From: Myxococcota bacterium
Lineage (GTDB): Bacteria > Myxococcota_A > UBA796 > GCA-2862545
Length of the DNA: 64,000 bases
Assembly (NCBI GenBank): GCA_039208735.1
Contig: JBCCQY010000015.1
Coordinates: 26,805-90,804 of the forward strand
Reading direction: 5' to 3'
Under the pieces are notes generated by a model, which worked only from the letters and a program-made list of their open reading frames with translations, was not told the DNA's origin and searched no databases. Positions within the stretch are counted from its first letter, which is position 1, and every line of letters begins with the position of its first letter. This document shows positions 23,491 through 33,349 of this stretch, in pieces. The position numbers and the translations under genes are program-made.

Positions 23491-24467
23491 GAACGCCTCC
23501 CGGGGCTTACCCCGACGGTCAGTTCAATCCGGTCTCGGGGCAAAAACACAGGTCCACCCCCCGCGACGATGCCCAAAGCCCGTAGATCACGCGTCCAACC
23601 CAGTTCCGCACGGAATCCCAGACGACCCGGTCGGACGTAGGTCATGTGGGCGCCCACCACGGGCATCACGCCCCGACCCAAAAACTGACGGTCGAGGGAC
23701 AAGCGACGGACGTCGAAGCCTAACGACCCGCCGATTCCCAACCCGAGTCGGCCTGGAAATCCTTCGGCGGCAAAGCGCAGGTCAAACGAGCGGCCCACCA
23801 AACGGCGGATCGGAATGGCAACCACGTCTTCGCCGTTGGCGGCATGCACATCGCGGTCGAGCCGCGCGCCTCCCCGGGCTCCGACAAAGAGGGGTCCGAC
23901 TCGATGTAGCCACTGGCCCACCACGCCAAAGGACCGCTCGCTGTCGAAGCGGAAGAGCAAAGCCACCGACTCCCGGAAGTGCTTGACCTCGGTGGGGAGA
24001 AGGTCGACGACCGAAATGCGCACTACCTCGGGTGGCACGGCCGGCGGTGGAGCAAGGGAAGTCGGTAAGAGTTTGGGAACCACCACAGGCTCGGGCGCCT
24101 TGGGCTCGGGTTCGGGCGTCGGCTCGGGCGGAGGAGCCAGTCGCGATCGCAATGCGGATTGGGGGTCGGCCGGAGCGGGGCCGGTCCGCAAGACGAGCCC
24201 CAACGCGACAAAGAGCTGCTCGATTCGGCCTTCGGGATCTTCGGCCGGCACCAGCCCATCGACGGTGGCGCGTCGGGTGTCCAGCTCCACAGTGAGGACC
24301 CAGCGACCGTCGGAGCGAGTCCACGCCAGGTCGACCTCGTCCAACGACGGGTCTTGCATGGCTTGCGTGATGTGGCTCCACGCCTGCGCCCAACCCAACG
24401 GATCGAGGTCCGAAGGCACTGAGATGTCGGCCGCGAAGGCCGAGCAGGTGAGGAGCCAGGCGATCAT
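23487..24467 (-). CDS. Hypothetical exported protein with Pro-rich linker and putative C-terminal beta-barrel
   Basis: Signal peptide ending AFA, PPPEPTPEPEP linker, amphipathic beta-strand-like C-terminal half; 4-bp overlaps on both sides. Confidence 0.65.
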   Translation of the reverse strand: MIAWLLTCSAFAADISVPSDLDPLGWAQAWSHITQAMQDPSLDEVDLAWTRSDGRWVLTVELDTRRATVDGLVPAEDPEGRIEQLFVALGLVLRTGPAPADPQSALRSRLAPPPEPTPEPEPKAPEPVVVPKLLPTSLAPPPAVPPEVVRISVVDLLPTEVKHFRESVALLFRFDSERSFGVVGQWLHRVGPLFVGARGGARLDRDVHAANGEDVVAIPIRRLVGRSFDLRFAAEGFPGRLGLGIGGSLGFDVRRLSLDRQFLGRGVMPVVGAHMTYVRPGRLGFRAELGWTRDLRALGIVAGGGPVFLPRDRIELTVGVSPGRRS

Positions 24468-25816
24468 GGGGCTTCGACCCAGGTGCCAAACTCGCAGCCG
24501 AAGCTGCTATTCGGGCCAAGTTCCAAGGCCCCACAGGTCGATTCGAGGTGGACGCCAGGGGTCGGGAAGTCGACGCCGACCCCCATCAGGAAACCCTCCG
24601 AAACGCTGATCAGAGGCACTTCAGTGGCCCCCTCGCTCGCTTCGAATTGACCGCCGGTGAGCGCCACGGTCACGGCCTCGTAGCTGTCCACGTTGACCGA
24701 ACCACCTTGGTTGGTCGCAACGTTTGCGATGAACGTGGCGTCGGAAATGCGGACGTGGTCCGAAGTCCAGCTGTTGTGCCCAATGGCACCGCCGGCGTAC
24801 TCCGCGACGTTGTCCGTGAACCGTCCGCCAACCACCTCCAAGGTGGTCATGCCGTGGCTGCCCGTGGCGATGGCCCCGCCTTCGTAGCCCGTGATGTTGG
24901 TGCGGAACGTCGACTCGGTCACGAAGGCACGCGTGCTGCCCCAACCGCCGGCCTGGATCGCGCCGCCGTTGTAGCCCGCGCGGTTGCCCTCGAAGGTGCT
25001 GTTCCAAGTAGCCAGAATGCTCACCGAGTCTTCGCCGACGTTGCCAAAGCTGATCGCACCGCCTTCGTACCCGCTCGTGTTGATGGCGAAGGTCGAGTCC
25101 CAGAGGGTCAGGCTCCGGTTTGTGGAGCGGCTGGTCCAACCGATGGCGCCACCGGCGTAGTCCGAACGGTTTTCGACAAAGGTCGAGCCTCGGACCTCGA
25201 CGCACGTGTCGAAGACGTCAAGTGCTCCGCCGTTGCCTCGGAGGGCCTCATTGCCTTCGAATTGGACATTTTCGAGGAACAAGGTTCCGTGGCCACTCGC
25301 GATGGCGCCGCCGTTCTGGACTGCGGTATTGCTGATGAACGTCGCGGCTTGCACGAGCAGATGGGAGCCTTGGGACCGAATCGCTCCGCCCTGCTCCGCG
25401 CGACCGTCGGCAAACGTGAGCCCTTGCAGGGTCACGGTGCTGTCAATGAGGTCGAGGGGGCGTCCTTGGGCTGCCCCGTCGAGGATGGTCGCGTCAGAGT
25501 CTGCGACGAGGGCGATGCGGCGCCGAGTGATGGTGATCGACTCGGTATGCCGACCCTCGCAGATCACGATGACATCGCCATCGGTCGAGGCATCGACCGC
25601 CTGTTGGATGCTGTCGAACGACTGGTCGCCCAGGCGGGCCACTTGGCCTTCGGTGCACCTCGGAATCGTCGAGAGATCGGGGTCCGCAAACCCGTGAGGC
25701 TCGCACCGCGACTCGTCGATCACGGGGGCCACAACGGGATCCACTTCGGTTCCCGCGACCAAGAGGATCGGATTGCAAGGGGGCAGCAGTGCAGCAAGGA
25801 TGACGGTGGTTCGCAC
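24464..25816 (-). CDS. Right-handed beta-helix protein with polymorphic-membrane-protein-type FxxN/GGA(I/L) repeats
   Basis: SIQQAVD...GDVIVICEGRHTE cap motif followed by about nine FxxN...GGAI repeats; no autotransporter barrel. Confidence 0.8.
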   Translation of the reverse strand: MRTTVILAALLPPCNPILLVAGTEVDPVVAPVIDESRCEPHGFADPDLSTIPRCTEGQVARLGDQSFDSIQQAVDASTDGDVIVICEGRHTESITITRRRIALVADSDATILDGAAQGRPLDLIDSTVTLQGLTFADGRAEQGGAIRSQGSHLLVQAATFISNTAVQNGGAIASGHGTLFLENVQFEGNEALRGNGGALDVFDTCVEVRGSTFVENRSDYAGGAIGWTSRSTNRSLTLWDSTFAINTSGYEGGAISFGNVGEDSVSILATWNSTFEGNRAGYNGGAIQAGGWGSTRAFVTESTFRTNITGYEGGAIATGSHGMTTLEVVGGRFTDNVAEYAGGAIGHNSWTSDHVRISDATFIANVATNQGGSVNVDSYEAVTVALTGGQFEASEGATEVPLISVSEGFLMGVGVDFPTPGVHLESTCGALELGPNSSFGCEFGTWVEAP

Positions 25817-25891
25817 GGGGCACCTTGGCTTGAGGTTGAGGCAGCTGCAACCCCACCATGCCGGGCCACTCGAATCCCGATCAAGAAACCA

Positions 25892-26599
25892 TCAACGGCG
25901 CGCGAGCACCACCAACGACACCCCACCCAGGATCGTAGCGGCCGTCTTCGGAGCCCAGCGTTCGAAACTACGGCGAAAGGGCCTAAACAGGCGGCCCGGC
26001 AAGGACGTGGGAACGACGGGTACCCGATGAGTGGCCGTGCCTACGATGTTCAGTCCGGCTCGAACGAGCTTTGCGAGCGCGAGGTCCCGCGTGTAGGCGT
26101 GGCGATGACCCCAGCGTTCCCGAGCCGCGAGGAGCCGGGCCGGTCGAATCACGTCGAGCACAGATAGCTCCAATGGAATCCGCAACAGGTGCCAAGGCGC
26201 TCGCGGCGCAAGCGCAGCCAGAAAGGCCTCGTCGTCCACCAGGTGCTCGACGACGTCGATGGCCAAGCACACATCGGCCGTCACCGGGGTTTCGAATACA
26301 TCCCCGCATACAAACCGCAGTCGAGGGGCGCGGTAGGCTTCCGCGCGTCGAATCGCCTCCGGAGCAATGTCCCAGCCCTCCCACTCGGTGTCGGGCCAAC
26401 AGGCATCAAAGCGGGGTTTGAGGGCGGATAAGACGCCCCCGGTGCCGCAGCCCACATCGAGCACCCGCGAAGGAACGCACGGGATGCGCTGAAGCCAAGG
26501 CGCCAACCCATCCGCCTTGGCTGGAGCATCGGCATCGTGCCAATCCGGATTGTGGTCCGCATAGGCCCCAGAACGGTAGGCATTCGGCTCCTTGCCCAT
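25892..26599 (-). CDS. Class I SAM-dependent methyltransferase
   Basis: VLDVGCGTG motif I, GWDIA, DVVEHL. Confidence 0.85.
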   Translation of the reverse strand: MGKEPNAYRSGAYADHNPDWHDADAPAKADGLAPWLQRIPCVPSRVLDVGCGTGGVLSALKPRFDACWPDTEWEGWDIAPEAIRRAEAYRAPRLRFVCGDVFETPVTADVCLAIDVVEHLVDDEAFLAALAPRAPWHLLRIPLELSVLDVIRPARLLAARERWGHRHAYTRDLALAKLVRAGLNIVGTATHRVPVVPTSLPGRLFRPFRRSFERWAPKTAATILGGVSLVVLARR

Positions 26600-26673
26600 A
26601 AGACCTTCATACTTCAGTTGACGGCTTGGCCTGGCTCCCGGTTTGATGCCGGAGACCGACGCCGGAGGGACGC

Positions 26674-28026
26674 ATGTTGGTGCAGCTGCTCGCAGGGATG
26701 GCCTTTGCTGGGGGCTACTACTACTCGGACAGCGGCATCGTCGCGACGGGTCGTGGAGGCGCCTTCGTGGCCGGAGCGAACACGCAATTCGCCCAGCACT
26801 ACAACCCGGCTGGCCTCATTCGAATCGAGCGACCTACGGTCAACGTGGGGGCCTCGTTTGTCCAGCAGAACGTCGGCTTTCGGCGGCTGGGTGCGGACGG
26901 CGATCCGGAGGCCTTCTTTCCCGAGGTCGAAAACCAGGCCTCGCCCTTCGTGATTCCGCAAGGGGGCTTTGCCACGCCGATCGGGGAGGACTTTGCCTTG
27001 GCCGTTGGGTTTTACAGCCCCTTCGCGCCGTCTTCGCTCTACGACGAGGAGGGACCACAGCGGTACTCGATCAAGGACACCCTGATCTACCAGTTCTCGG
27101 TGGGGCCAAGCCTCGCCTGGCAGCCGATCCCCGAACTCACCGTAGGGATCGGGCTGCAATGGCAATACCTTCAGGTCGGTCAGGCGGTCGACATCACGCT
27201 GAACGGCAATGACGACCCCAGTGGCGACATCGCGGTCGAAGCCCGGGTGGTTGATGCGTTTACGCCGAACGCCAACTTCGGGGTGCTCCTCGAGCCCATG
27301 CCCGAAGTCTCGATCGGAGCGTCCGTGCAGCCCGGCAGTAGCTTTCGAGCTCGTGGCGAAGGCACCCTCGACTTCACCGGCAATACGTTTGAGACGTTGG
27401 GGTTCATCGATCCGGCCCGCTACACCGACGACGACGTGTCGTTGAGCATCCGGCTGCCCTGGGTGCTGCGCGCGGGGGTCGCGGTGCGGCCCCACGAGTC
27501 GCTTGAAATCGAGGGGGCCGTGGTTTGGCAGGGTTGGTCGTCGCTCGGCGACCTGCTGGTGGAAGACATCGACATCACGGTGGCGTCGGACCTGCTGCCG
27601 AAGGATCAACGGCAGGTGGCAGAAGAAATCGCGTTGCCCGCAGGCTTTGATGACACCCTTTCGCTTCGGCTGGGGGCCGAGTGGAAGGCGGCGAAGGTGC
27701 TTTCGCTCCGAGCCGGCGGCTTTTACGAAGATCGATCGTTGACGCCCCAGAATGTTTCGGTGGCCCTGTTTGATACTCGAAAGTTTCAGATTGGCGGTGG
27801 GGCGAGCGTCTTTTTGCTTGATGAGGCACTGCGGTTTGACGTGGCCGCAGCCTACCTCGGGTTTCAGAACCTCCAGATCCGCGACAGCACGGTCACCCAA
27901 ATCGATGCGGGGGTCATCCCCAACGTGGAAACGCAAGTCGTGGGCAATGGGGATCTGCGCGGCAACGGGTGGATTTTAGGGCTACAGGCGCAGCTGGGCT
28001 TTGGGAAGCGGAGAACGGATGACTGA
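26674..28026 (+). CDS. FadL/OmpP1 family outer-membrane transporter
   Basis: Signal peptide, GRGGAFVA...YNPAGL hatch motif, beta-strand pattern. Confidence 0.85.
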   Translation: MLVQLLAGMAFAGGYYYSDSGIVATGRGGAFVAGANTQFAQHYNPAGLIRIERPTVNVGASFVQQNVGFRRLGADGDPEAFFPEVENQASPFVIPQGGFATPIGEDFALAVGFYSPFAPSSLYDEEGPQRYSIKDTLIYQFSVGPSLAWQPIPELTVGIGLQWQYLQVGQAVDITLNGNDDPSGDIAVEARVVDAFTPNANFGVLLEPMPEVSIGASVQPGSSFRARGEGTLDFTGNTFETLGFIDPARYTDDDVSLSIRLPWVLRAGVAVRPHESLEIEGAVVWQGWSSLGDLLVEDIDITVASDLLPKDQRQVAEEIALPAGFDDTLSLRLGAEWKAAKVLSLRAGGFYEDRSLTPQNVSVALFDTRKFQIGGGASVFLLDEALRFDVAAAYLGFQNLQIRDSTVTQIDAGVIPNVETQVVGNGDLRGNGWILGLQAQLGFGKRRTDD

Positions 28027-28933
28027 GGAAACCACGACCCCGGTTCCCGCCTTGATCGTGGCGGGTTGGCTGGGCTCGGGCAAGACAACACTGGTCGATC
28101 ATCTGCTGCGGGAAGCGCAGGCCAACGGGGTTCGGCTCGCCATCATCAGCAACGAGTTTGGCGACACAGGTATTGACCGCGCGCTGCTGGACGCGGGCGA
28201 GGAGGGCTTTGTCGAGCTCGATGGCGGCTGCGTGTGTTGCCGACTGTCGGACGCCCTGTCTGAGACGGTCGAGCAGATCGTGCAGGCCGCGAAGCCCGAT
28301 CGCTTGGTGCTCGAGTGCTCGGGGGTGGCCCTTCCAGGTGAGGTGGTCATCCAGTTTTGGCGCCCGCCGCTAGATGCGTTGATCAGCGAAGAAGTGGTGG
28401 TGGTGTTGGTGGATGCTGAGCGCGCCGCGGTGGTGCCGGCACCGGACGATCAAACGTTCGAGGAGCAGCTCGAGGCTGCCGATCTCGTGATTCTCAACAA
28501 GCGGGACTTGGTCGACGATGCGGGCCTCGCACGGGCTAAAGCCCTCGTGGACGAACGAACTGGCGGGCGACCGGTGTTCGTGAGCGAGCGGAGCAAGGTT
28601 GATCCGCAGTTGTTGTTTCCACCGGATCCCGAGGGACTGCGACAGGCCCGTCGCGACCCGCTGGCCCACGAAGCCCCCCACGAACATCTCCATGAACGCT
28701 TTGTGACCACCGAAATCGCCTTCGACGGGGTGGTCAACGAAGCGGCGGTGCGTGAACGGGTCCTCGCGGAAGGTGCATTGCGCACGAAGGGCTTCGTCAA
28801 CACGGACAACGGCATTCGAGTGGTGCAAGGGGTTGGACCCCGCATCGAGATTCGCCCTCCGACCCGGCCCGTGCCGCCCGATCTCGTCGGGAAGGTCGTG
28901 GTGATTCATCGGGACGCCTCGGATCATGCATGA
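28019..28933 (+). CDS. CobW/COG0523 family GTPase metallochaperone
   Basis: [29 protein letters not shown], His-rich [10 protein letters not shown]. Confidence 0.9.
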   Translation: MTEETTTPVPALIVAGWLGSGKTTLVDHLLREAQANGVRLAIISNEFGDTGIDRALLDAGEEGFVELDGGCVCCRLSDALSETVEQIVQAAKPDRLVLECSGVALPGEVVIQFWRPPLDALISEEVVVVLVDAERAAVVPAPDDQTFEEQLEAADLVILNKRDLVDDAGLARAKALVDERTGGRPVFVSERSKVDPQLLFPPDPEGLRQARRDPLAHEAPHEHLHERFVTTEIAFDGVVNEAAVRERVLAEGALRTKGFVNTDNGIRVVQGVGPRIEIRPPTRPVPPDLVGKVVVIHRDASDHA

Positions 28934-29730
28934 CGCCGCTGGCGCTCACGATCGCGGGTTCAGACTCCGGAGGGGGCGCGGGCGTCCAGGCTGACCTCAA
29001 GACCTTCGCTGACCTCGGGGTGTTTGGCACGTCGGCGATCACGGCTCTGACCGCGCAAAACAGTCAGGGTGTGCATCGGGTGGACGCGGTTCCCGTCGAA
29101 GGATTGGTGGCGCAGATTCGCGCGGTGATGGACGATTTCGAAGTTCACGCCGTTAAGATCGGAATGCTCGGCTCAGCCGCCCATGTTTCGGCCACGGCTG
29201 CGGCCCTGCGAAGCCTTGAAGAACGGCCACCCATCGTGCTCGATCCCGTGATGGTGGCCAGTACGGGCCACCGTTTGCTCGAGCCGGATGCCGAGGCGGC
29301 GCTGGTCCGCGAACTTATGCCCCTCGCCACCGTCGTGACCCCCAACCTCGATGAAGCAGCGGTCTTGGCGGGACGCTCAACGCAGGAGGCTCTCGTGGCG
29401 TGGGCGAAGGCGCAGTCCGTGGCGGTGTTGCTCACCGGAGGTGATGTCGTGGGCGACACCATCCACGATGTGTTGGTGGCCAACGGGGCGATCGCCCGCC
29501 AATGGAACCACCCTCGGGTGGGGAATCGTCCGTTTCACGGCACTGGATGCACGACTTCCTCCGCGATTGCGGCGGGGCTGGCCCGGGGCCAGGGTCTTGT
29601 CGATGCCATAGATCAAGCCATTGCCTACGTCCAGGATCGGATTGCGGATGCTCATCGGGGGTCCGTGGGTCAGGGCAACCCCTCGCTCATTCACGGTCGG
29701 GGGCGGCATCCGGCTTGGGCGAACGAGTGA
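28930..29730 (+). CDS. thiD: Hydroxymethylpyrimidine/phosphomethylpyrimidine kinase
   Basis: [43 protein letters not shown]. Confidence 0.93.
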   Translation: MTPLALTIAGSDSGGGAGVQADLKTFADLGVFGTSAITALTAQNSQGVHRVDAVPVEGLVAQIRAVMDDFEVHAVKIGMLGSAAHVSATAAALRSLEERPPIVLDPVMVASTGHRLLEPDAEAALVRELMPLATVVTPNLDEAAVLAGRSTQEALVAWAKAQSVAVLLTGGDVVGDTIHDVLVANGAIARQWNHPRVGNRPFHGTGCTTSSAIAAGLARGQGLVDAIDQAIAYVQDRIADAHRGSVGQGNPSLIHGRGRHPAWANE

Positions 29731-30211
29731 ACGCCAGGCGCAGCTCCAGAGCGACCCTTCGGGCCTGCCATCCGTAGAGCAACGTCAGCACCGCCCCGAG
29801 GATCGTGAATACGGGCACCATCACGGCACCATCGCCACGTTCGGTCGCCAGCAACGCTCCCCACACGAGGGCCAGGCCGAGGGTCCAGGGTGGAGACCAC
29901 AACACCCGCAGCGTCGTGCCTTGAGGGGTCTCGCGAAATCGGACCACCCCATGCAAGCCGATCGGCACGCGCCGTTCGCCGGGCCGGGCCCAGAATCGCG
30001 CGCGGTTTCCGCGGACGGCCCAGCTCACAAGCGATGTTTCGCCTTGGTCTTCGGGCTTGCCAGGGACCGGTGGAAGTTCGGCGCCCAGGGGCAGTCCGAT
30101 GTCATGGTAGAGCGGCGTCCAGAAGCGAGGAAACACCTGCGTCTCAAGGACTAGCCCTCCCAGCAGGATGCCGGCCGCGGCCAAGGCGGCCTGTAGTCCG
30201 CTTGGATCCAC
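29687..30211 (-). CDS. Hypothetical membrane protein
   Basis: GTG 30211 immediately after the MBL gene stop; three hydrophobic segments. Confidence 0.6.
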   Translation of the reverse strand: MDPSGLQAALAAAGILLGGLVLETQVFPRFWTPLYHDIGLPLGAELPPVPGKPEDQGETSLVSWAVRGNRARFWARPGERRVPIGLHGVVRFRETPQGTTLRVLWSPPWTLGLALVWGALLATERGDGAVMVPVFTILGAVLTLLYGWQARRVALELRLAFTRSPKPDAAPDRE

Positions 30212-30212
30212 G

Positions 30213-30926
30213 CTAGCCGCCCCGCATGGCGAGGAAGGTGGCGTAGTCTGGCGCCTGGAGCATCGTGTTCGTTTTGCGCACCTCGGACAGCGCGGCGTGG
30301 GGCTGCGCTCCGTAGTCATGACCAGGGTAGAGCACGAGATCCGATGGCAAGGCCAGCAATCGTTCGTTCAGCGTCCGCCACATCTCTTCCACGTTGCCCC
30401 CTGGCAGATCGGTGCGGCCGCAACCTTGCAGGAACAGCGTGTCGCCCGACACCAATGCCTGGCCACAGCGGAAACACTGCGATCCTTCGGTATGCCCGGG
30501 CGTATGGAGGCACTCGATTTCGACGTTCCCCACCGTCACCCGATGCCCATTCTGCACCGGCGTGAGGTCGCTCGGCGCAAGTCCCGTCATGACTTGGACC
30601 CAGGGTTGGTCTGCCTCGTGGACATAGATCGGGACGTCGGCGAGTTCGCGAAACCGCGCGAGCCCCTGCACGTCGTGGCCCATGAGATTTCCGCCCACGT
30701 GATCGGGATGCCAGTGACTGATCAGGGCCCCGCGAAGCGTCATACCGTCAGCCTGGATCTTGGCTACGATGCCGTCGACGTCCCAAGCGGGATCGACCAC
30801 CACGCACTCGCGGGTGTCGGCGTCCCCAAGCAGGTAGACGAAGTTTTCCATCTGACGCGCCACCGGATCATCGGTGGCGAAGTCGTGGCCCGCGTGAAGC
30901 TGGCGCAGGTAGGTAGGTTGCTTCAT
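30213..30926 (-). CDS. MBL-fold metallo-hydrolase (glyoxalase II-like)
   Basis: [33 protein letters not shown]. Confidence 0.9.
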   Translation of the reverse strand: MKQPTYLRQLHAGHDFATDDPVARQMENFVYLLGDADTRECVVVDPAWDVDGIVAKIQADGMTLRGALISHWHPDHVGGNLMGHDVQGLARFRELADVPIYVHEADQPWVQVMTGLAPSDLTPVQNGHRVTVGNVEIECLHTPGHTEGSQCFRCGQALVSGDTLFLQGCGRTDLPGGNVEEMWRTLNERLLALPSDLVLYPGHDYGAQPHAALSEVRKTNTMLQAPDYATFLAMRGG

Positions 30927-30953
30927 GGCGGCTTCCTACCATCGGAGGGCAGC

Positions 30954-31928
30954 TTGGAGCAGCGGCAGTTGGGCGAAGCGGGGCTTCGCGTCGGAGCCAT
31001 CGGGCTTGGCTGCATGGGGATGAGCGAGATCTACGGCACGGCGGATCCCGTCGAGGCGGTCTCGGTGATTCACCAGGCCGTAGACGCAGGCGCCAACCTC
31101 CTCGACACGGCTGACATGTACGGGCCCTTCGAAAACGAAAAGCTCGTCGGTCGCGCCATCGCGGATCGACGCGATCGGGTGGTGGTCGCCACGAAGTTTG
31201 CGGTCCTACGGGGTCCGGACGGCAGCTTCCGGGGCCTAAGAGGCGATGCCGCCTACGTCCATGAGGCCTGTGACGCTTCGCTGCAGCGGCTCGGCGTCGA
31301 CTACATCGACCTGTACTTTCTCCATCGGGTGGACCCCCAGACGCCCATCGAGGAGACCGTCGGGGCCATGTCGCTACTCGTCGACCAGGGCAAGGTCCGG
31401 CATCTCGGACTGGTGGAAGCGGGATCGGAAACGCTGCGTCGGGCGGCCGCGGTTCATCCCATTGCGGCTCTGCAAAGTGAATGGTCGATCTGGTCGCGTG
31501 ACATCGAGGACGCGGTGGTCTCGACCTGCCGAGAACTCGGCATTGGCCTGGTGGCGGCCTCTCCCTTAGGGCGGGGCTTTCTTACAGGACGATTTCGTGC
31601 TCCCACCGACTTCGAGCCGGGGGACTATCGTTCGACCAACCCTCGCTTCGAAGACGAAGCGTTCGCGCGAAACTTGTCGATCGTTGAGACCGTGCGAGAG
31701 ATCGCCCAGACCCATCAGGTTTCCGCCGCCCAGGTGGCAATTGCGTGGGTGCTGGCGCAAGGGAGCGATGTGGTGCCGATCCCGGGGACGAAGCGCCAGG
31801 CGTTCCTCACCGACAACCTCAAGGCGGCCGACCTTGTACTTTCCGAGGACGATCTGGCCCGTCTCGAACCGCTTGCGGCCGCGGTCACCGGCGATCGGTA
31901 CGCCGACATGTCGACCATCGGGCGGTGA
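30954..31928 (+). CDS. Aldo/keto reductase
   Basis: [41 protein letters not shown] 30954 after GGAGGG. Confidence 0.92.
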   Translation: MEQRQLGEAGLRVGAIGLGCMGMSEIYGTADPVEAVSVIHQAVDAGANLLDTADMYGPFENEKLVGRAIADRRDRVVVATKFAVLRGPDGSFRGLRGDAAYVHEACDASLQRLGVDYIDLYFLHRVDPQTPIEETVGAMSLLVDQGKVRHLGLVEAGSETLRRAAAVHPIAALQSEWSIWSRDIEDAVVSTCRELGIGLVAASPLGRGFLTGRFRAPTDFEPGDYRSTNPRFEDEAFARNLSIVETVREIAQTHQVSAAQVAIAWVLAQGSDVVPIPGTKRQAFLTDNLKAADLVLSEDDLARLEPLAAAVTGDRYADMSTIGR

Positions 31929-31981
31929 GCGCTTACTGCCATCCTCGCACCCTGGGCGAATAACGCCCCCTGGAGGACCCC

Positions 31982-33346
31982 ATGGCTGGCCCCGACCGTC
32001 GAATTTCCATCTCTCGATTGCTCGCCAATGGCGTTGAAGGCAATCCGGTGGTGGTGAATGGTTGGGTCAAGACCTCACGGTTCTCGAAGAATGTGAGCTT
32101 CGTCCACCTGTTCGATGGCTCCACTCCGAAGACGCTGCAAATCGTGCTTCCGGCCGATGCCGACGAAGAACTCACGAAGCGCCTTGGGGTAGGGGCTGCC
32201 GTGCAGGTCACGGGCACGTGGGTCGCGTCGCAGGGCGCGGAACAGGCCCTTGAAGTGCTCGCGGACTCGATCGAGGTGGTGGGAGACTGCGACCCGACCG
32301 TTTACCCCATTCGCAAGAGCGGCAAAAAGCAAAAGGGCGTGAGCCTCGAACTCCTTCGAGGCATGCCGCATTTGCGCCCGCGGACCAACACACTGCAGTC
32401 GGTGTTTCGTGTGCGCAACGCATTGGCGTGGCACATCCATCGCTTCTTTCAGGAGCGAGGATTTCTGTGGATCCACACGCCCATCATCACGCGGGCCGAT
32501 GCCGAAGGGGCCGGAGAGGTCTTTCCGATCGGCAACGCGGGGGAATTCTTCGGACATCCCGCGTTTCTCACGGTTTCGGGCCAGTTGGACGTGGAGTCGT
32601 TCGCGCAGTCGCATACCGATGTCTACACGTTCGGACCTACCTTTCGGGCCGAGAACTCGAACACCCCACGCCACGTGGCCGAGTTCTGGATGATCGAGCC
32701 GGAAATGGCGTTCGCCAACCTCGATGATGTCATCGCGCTGGCCGAGTCCTTCATTCGGGAGGTGACCGTCGCGGTGCACGAACAGTGCGCGGATGACTTT
32801 GCCTTCTTCGATCTGCGCATCCAAAAAGGGGTCGTCGAACAGGTCAAGGAAGCCGTCAGCAAGCCGTTCGCCCGCATGACGCACCGTGAGGCGATGGACG
32901 TGCTGGCAAAGTCCGGGCAGGACTTCGAGTACCCTGTGGGTCCGGGCGCCGACATTCAGACCGAACACGAACGCTTCCTGGCCGACGAGGTGGTCAAGGG
33001 GCCGGTGTTCGTGACGGACTACCCGGTCGAGCAAAAGGCGTTCTACATGCGGCTCAACGACGGCGGCGACACGGTTGCCGCCACCGACCTGCTCATGCCG
33101 CGTTTGGGAGAAATCATCGGCGGCTCCCAGCGTGAGGAGCGCCTCGACGTATTGGTGGCCCAGATGGAGCGTCGTGGGATGGACCCGTCGCACCTTGATT
33201 GGTACCTCGACCTTCGCCGCTTCGGGTCGACCCCGCACGGCGGCTTTGGGCTTGGTTTTGAGCGCATGTTGATGTGGCTTACGGGCATGAGCAACATCCG
33301 CGACGTGATTCCCTACCCGCGCACCCCAGGTCCGTTCACGTTGTGA
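31982..33346 (+). CDS. asnS: Asparagine--tRNA ligase
   Basis: OB-fold N-terminus, LTVSGQL, FGPTFRAENSNT.RH..EFWMIEPE, GEIIGGSQRE, GFGLGFER. Confidence 0.95.
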   Translation: MAGPDRRISISRLLANGVEGNPVVVNGWVKTSRFSKNVSFVHLFDGSTPKTLQIVLPADADEELTKRLGVGAAVQVTGTWVASQGAEQALEVLADSIEVVGDCDPTVYPIRKSGKKQKGVSLELLRGMPHLRPRTNTLQSVFRVRNALAWHIHRFFQERGFLWIHTPIITRADAEGAGEVFPIGNAGEFFGHPAFLTVSGQLDVESFAQSHTDVYTFGPTFRAENSNTPRHVAEFWMIEPEMAFANLDDVIALAESFIREVTVAVHEQCADDFAFFDLRIQKGVVEQVKEAVSKPFARMTHREAMDVLAKSGQDFEYPVGPGADIQTEHERFLADEVVKGPVFVTDYPVEQKAFYMRLNDGGDTVAATDLLMPRLGEIIGGSQREERLDVLVAQMERRGMDPSHLDWYLDLRRFGSTPHGGFGLGFERMLMWLTGMSNIRDVIPYPRTPGPFTL

Positions 33347-33349
33347 GTC

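Noticed and set aside
25817..25891. Possible ECF-dependent promoter upstream of the four-gene operon
   Set aside because: No match to an ECF consensus that I can name with confidence.
24548..26167. 539-aa plus-strand ORF
   Set aside because: Antisense shadow of the beta-helix and methyltransferase genes.
30168..30953. N-terminal extension on the aldo/keto reductase
   Set aside because: Antisense of the MBL hydrolase; the family N-terminus begins at TTG 30954.
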